64,000 nt of DNA, taken from positions 372,001 to 436,000 of the forward strand of contig OZ251236.1 in assembly GCA_965240325.2 (NCBI GenBank), written 5' to 3'. The notes beneath the pieces were generated by a model. That model was given only the letters and a program-made list of their open reading frames with translations, searched no databases and had not been told where the DNA came from. This document shows positions 59,434-64,000 of this stretch, piece after piece (the first letter of the stretch is position 1; each line of letters begins with the position of its first letter). This DNA comes from Rebecca billardiae RCC1528 (taxonomy: Eukaryota; Protista; Haptophyta). The translations under genes and the position numbers were made by a program.

Positions 59434-62400
59434 TCAGAGGAAGAAGGCGACGGTGGCGACCAGCGCGATGGTGATCGGCTCCTGCAGCACGTGCATCTGC
59501 GCGGCGGCGATGCTCCACGAGCCGATCAGCGCGAGCGTGCGCGTCTCGCCGAACGTGTGCCCGTACAGCAGCGCGATGAAGACGAGGCCGCAGAAGACGC
59601 TCAGCATGAACACCCACGCGAGCGCCTTGCACGCGCACTGCGCGCCGCCCGCGCGCCGCCGGCGCCGCTCGTCGCGCGCGCGGTCCTCGGCGAGCTTCCG
59701 CGCGAACCACGCGCGCAGCTCCTCCCGGCTGATCAGCCCGTCGCCGCTCGTGTCGATCCCCCTGAGCAGCCGCCTCCGCTCGCCGCGCCCCATCCTGTGC
59801 GCGCCCGCCACCTCGGCCATCATCTGCCCAAACTCGGGCAGCTCGAGGTGCGCGTCCGCGTTGGCGTCGAAGCGGTCGAAGACGCGGAGGAAGCGGCGGA
59901 GCGCGGCGGCGTCATCCGGGTGGCCGCCGGTCGAGGCGCGCAGCGAGCGGCTTGACTCGCGCCAGCTGCGCTGCAGCGTGCGCGCCGCGCGCTCCCGCCG
60001 CCGCCAGCCCAGCCGATCGAGCACGCGCGCCTTGCGCGCGGCCTCAAGCCGCTCGAGCTCGCGCGCGCGCTCGCGCCGCGCGGCCTCGTACGCGGCCGCG
60101 GCCGCGGCCTCCGCCTCGGCCTGCGCGGCCGCGCGCTCGGCCTCCGCCGCGGCCTCCGCCGCGGCGCGCGCGCGCCGCTCCTCGAGCGCGCGCGCGCGCG
60201 CCGCCGCCTCCGCCGCCTCCGCCGCCTCCGCGGCGGAGGCGTCGGCCTGCGACGATCCTCCGGCGCTCCGCGGCGCGCGCTCGTCGCGGCCGGCATCGGC
60301 ATCGCCGCGCCGGCCAGCCGCCTGCTCCTCGCCCGTGGTGGGCCGCGGCTCTGGCCGTGGCTCATCCACGCGGAGCGGGTGGTCGGTCGGCTGCTCCGGC
60401 CGCGGCGGCGGCGGCGCGGGCTGCACCTCGGGGCGCGGGGCCGCGCGTTGCGCATCAGGCCGCGCGCGCGGACGCTCGTCGCCGTCGCCGTCGGCGTCGG
60501 CGCCGAGCCCGCGCGCCGCACCCGCCGGCCCGCGCCTGCTGCGGGCATCGTCCAGCGCCGCCACCGCGACCTCGCCCACGTCGCCGGCGACGAGCGCGGG
60601 CGGCGTGCCGCGCTCGGCCGAGGGCGGGCGCGAGCGGATCAGCACTTGCTGCGACAGCGGCGGCGACGACGGCTCGGCGCCGGGCGCGAGCGCGCGCGCG
60701 CGCCGCTCGCGCGCGCGCCGCGCGAGCGCCTCCGGCGGGCGGCGCAGCTCGGCCGGCGCGGACGGCGGCGGCTCGCGCTCGGCGCGCTCGCGGCGCGGCG
60801 GCACCGGCGGCGAGCGGTGGCGGAACTCGGTCTGCGGCACGTTGGCCGGCGTGGTGATGCGCGTGCGCACGCGCACAGGCTGCACGCGACCCGTCGGCTC
60901 TCGCTCCCAGCGCGCGCGCGCGTCGGGCGGCGGCGGTGGCGGATGGTAGGGGCCCTGCGACGACGCGTTGGCCGCGCGCGCGCGCGCGAGTGCGCTCGGA
61001 CCCGCCGGTGGCTGCCGCTCCGGCGTCGCCGGCCCGCGCGCGGGCAGCGGCGGCCAGCCCTGCGGGTCGGCGGCGCGCGGGCGCTCGGGCGAGCCGTCGT
61101 CGTCGTACGCTGCGCGCCGCGCCGAGCGCGGCGCGGGCGCCCAACCATACTCTCCCGAGCCTAGGCCGGTCGGCGGCGACGGCGCCTCCGCGCGTCCAGC
61201 CCACGGCGGGAGCGCCGCGCCGCCTCCGCCGGGCGGCGGCCCGGCGCTGCCACGCGCGGGCTGTGCCCGATCAGTCGACGAGTCGGCCGCGTAGTTGGCG
61301 CCATATGCCCCCGCGCGCACGCCGCCGGCCGCACTGGGCGGCAGCACGCCACCGCCGCCGCCGCCGCCGGTGGCGGCGCCACCGCCGCTTTGAGTGTCCG
61401 CGCCGCGCCGCGCCGGCGTGGCGCGGCTCACCCTGCCGATGTATTCGGTCGAGGTCGCCGGCACGAGCGGCGGCGGCGCGCGGCGGCGCGGCGGGGAGCC
61501 GACGGCGCGCGCACCACCGCCGGCCCCGCCGCCCGGGGCGCCACAGCCGCCGCCGACGTTTCCGCGAACCGTCGGCACCGCGCGGCTTGTGTGCATGCGC
61601 ACGCTGCGCTGCGCGGCCGCGGGCGGCGGCCGCGCGGCGGGTGGCCGGCCCGCGCCCGCCTCGGCGGCGGCACCGCCGCGCTCGGCGGCGCTGCCGCCGC
61701 TGCTGGGCTGCGAGTACGGCGAGCCGACGCGGATCCGCGTACCGTCCAGCTCAATCGAAGTCGGCGTCACCGGCGCCGAGCCGCCGCCGCCGCCCGCGCG
61801 CCCGCCGTCGGGTGTCGGGCCTCGCGGCGGCGGCGGCGTCGCGCGCGGCGGCGGCGGCGCGGCGCGGCGGGGCGGCGAGCCGGCGGCGCTGCTGCGCTCG
61901 GGCGACGAGGGGCGCGGCGGCGAGGGCGGCGGGTCGGCGGGCGGCGCGCCCGCGCGCGACCGCACCGCCTCCTCGCCGCTCGGCCGCGGCGTGTGCGCGG
62001 GCGACGCGCGCGGCGAAGCATAAAACGGTTTTGTGCGGCGCACGGGGCGGCCGGTGGCGTCGGTCGAGTCGCGAGCGGTGCGGCCGGGGTCGGAGGAGGA
62101 GGCGGAGTCGCGCGCGTCCGTGGTGAAGCGCAGCCGCGGCACCACGTCCGGCTCGGCCGCGCCGCCGCCCACCGGCGGCGGCGCGCGCGGCGGCGGCGCG
62201 CGCGGCGGCGGCGGCGCGGGCGGCGGCGGCGGCGCGTCGGCACTCGCGCGCCCGTGCGGCGGCGTGGACGGCATTGCCACTGTCACGCCCTCGAGCTCGA
62301 CGGGCGCGGCGGCCGCCGCGCCGCGCGATGCCCCGCGCGGCGCCGGCGCCGCGTCCGCCTCGCGCCCCCGCGCCGCCGGCGCCGCGCCGCGCCAGTCCGC

Positions 62401-64000
62401 GGGCCACTGCGCGGGCGGGCAGCGCGACGCGCCGCCGCCGGCCCAGCCCTCGGAGCTGCGCCGGCTGGCGTCGCCGCCAGAGCTGCGCCGGCGCGCGTCC
62501 GAGGGCGCGGCGCCGCCGTACGCGCCGCCGCTCCGCCGCTCCGCGCCCCGCTCGTACGCGTCCCGCCCGCCGGACGAGTAACGGTCCCGCTCGTCGGCGT
62601 AACGGCCGTACACAATATTGCGCAGCCCCACCGCCAGCCGGTCCTCTGAGGAGAGTCGGCGCGGCTGTGAGACGGCCCAGACGAGGCGGAAGAAGAGGAG
62701 GGCGGGCCACGCGATGAGCGCGCTGAGGACCCCCGCGACGAGGATCGGCACGCCGCCCGGCGCCGACGCCTCCAGCGCCGCGAACCGCGCGCCCGTCGCC
62801 GCCGCCACCGCCATCGCGTCCGTCGGCTCGGGCACGTCCGCGAGATTGTAATCTCGGACGGCGTCGTGGAAGAAGAGGCACTGCAGCACGAGCTGCAGCG
62901 CGAGGAGGTTGAAGACGAGCTGGACGAACTCGGTGCGGCGCAGCGCGGGCGCGCGCGCGAACACGCACGCCACCACCGAGTGCTGCTCCAGCAGCCAGCG
63001 GCCGACGTGCCGCCCGCAGCTCGGCTCGGCGCCGGCGCCGCGCGAGCGGTCGGCGGCGCCGCGCGGCGCAGCGCGCGGTACCTGCTGCGCCGGCGCGGGC
63101 GGCGGCGGCGAGGGCGGCGGCGAGGGCGGGGGCGACGGGTTCCGCGCGCGCGCGTGCCGCCGGTCGAGCTCCTCCACCAGCGTGCGCGACGGCCCCATCG
63201 CCGCCTCCTTCGCCGCCGCCGCCGCCGCCCGCCGCTCCTGCCGACGGTCCACCAAAAACGCCAGCAGCAGAAAGAGAAGATGGCACAGCACAAGCGCGAG
63301 GACGACGTAGAACATGGGCGAGCGGAGGAGGGCGGCGGGGTTGGCGACGGCGTCGTCCGAGTCGTCGTCGTCGTCGTCGCGAGCGCGCCCGCGAGACGCC
63401 GCCTCCACCTCCTCCGCAAACTCCTGCGCGCGCGCGGGCGGGCGGCGAGCGCGCGCATGCGCGCAGTGAGGGCGCGCGCGCGCGCGCATGCGCGCATGCG
63501 TTCGCGCGCGCGCGGCGCCCGGCTTGGCCCGGCGTGGGCGCGGCGTGGCGTGGCGCTCGGGCGCGCACCTCGGGCACCCCCGGGCTCTCCGCGAACCGCA
63601 GCCCGGCGAACGTCGTCAGGTGGTCGCACACGCACGCACGCTCGCCCGTCGCCGCATCCGTGCGCGCCTCGCACCCGTCCGTCGACCACGCGAGCTCGTC
63701 CTCGTCCCAGAAGACGCAGGTCCAGGCGGAGGCGGGCGTGGCGGGGTCGGCGGGCGGGAGGGCGATGCGCGCCGCGGTGCTCAGGTTGGACACGCCCAGC
63801 GCCGAGCCGCTCGCGCCGTCGGCGAGCTCGACCGCGACGAGCGCCGTCTCGACGACGCCATCGCCGAGTCCGGTCGACTCGTTGGCGAACGGGCCGCCGA
63901 GTCCGGGCGGCGCGTACAGGTTGCGCAGCGTGGCGTAGATCACGATGTCGACGCCCGCGCTGAGCCCGCCCGAGACGGCCGCCGCGGCGGCGTCGAGCGA
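59434..64000 (-). CDS. GPS/GAIN-domain polycystin-1-like multi-pass membrane protein with an EF-hand pair (5' end outside the window; intron 63424-63568)
   Basis: GPS motif CVFWDEDELAWSTDGC...CVCDHLTTFA followed by TMs; EF loops DANADAHLELPE and DTSGDGLISREE; C-terminal TMs ...WSIAAAQMHVLQEPI. Confidence 0.8.

Overview
Extremely GC-rich eukaryotic DNA with short GC-rich GT-AG introns; a haptophyte alga such as a Pavlovales species is a guess from composition and gene content. The window has three zones. (1) 70-10698 is a giant low-complexity ORF with PH-like and WW-like segments. (2) About 10.85-40.07 kb is a repeat/TE island. It holds a 6.7-kb foldback element built from 214-bp tandem repeats and a full-length copia-type LTR retrotransposon (TSD CGGTT) with mosaic LTRs, a probable -1 frameshift and TG..TA ends. 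It also holds a TTAGG-motif ~96-bp array, a deleted RT/RNaseH-only copia element with apparently identical LTRs (TSD CTCGC), microsatellites, an intronless GT92-like gene, a decayed copy of the giant gene's 3' end and a long-TIR MITE. (3) 40.2-64 kb is gene-dense. It encodes an 8-exon, ~3090-aa fusion of a Kre6/Skn1-type GH16 domain to an FKS/callose-type GT48 beta-1,3-glucan synthase, an R2R3 Myb, RAD52 head-to-head with a VAP-like MSP protein, a GT-A-fold glycosyltransferase, and a GPS/polycystin-like membrane protein with EF-hands. The best candidates for novelty are the GH16-GT48 fusion and the atypical copia element. All alignments and domain calls were made by eye; no searches were run.
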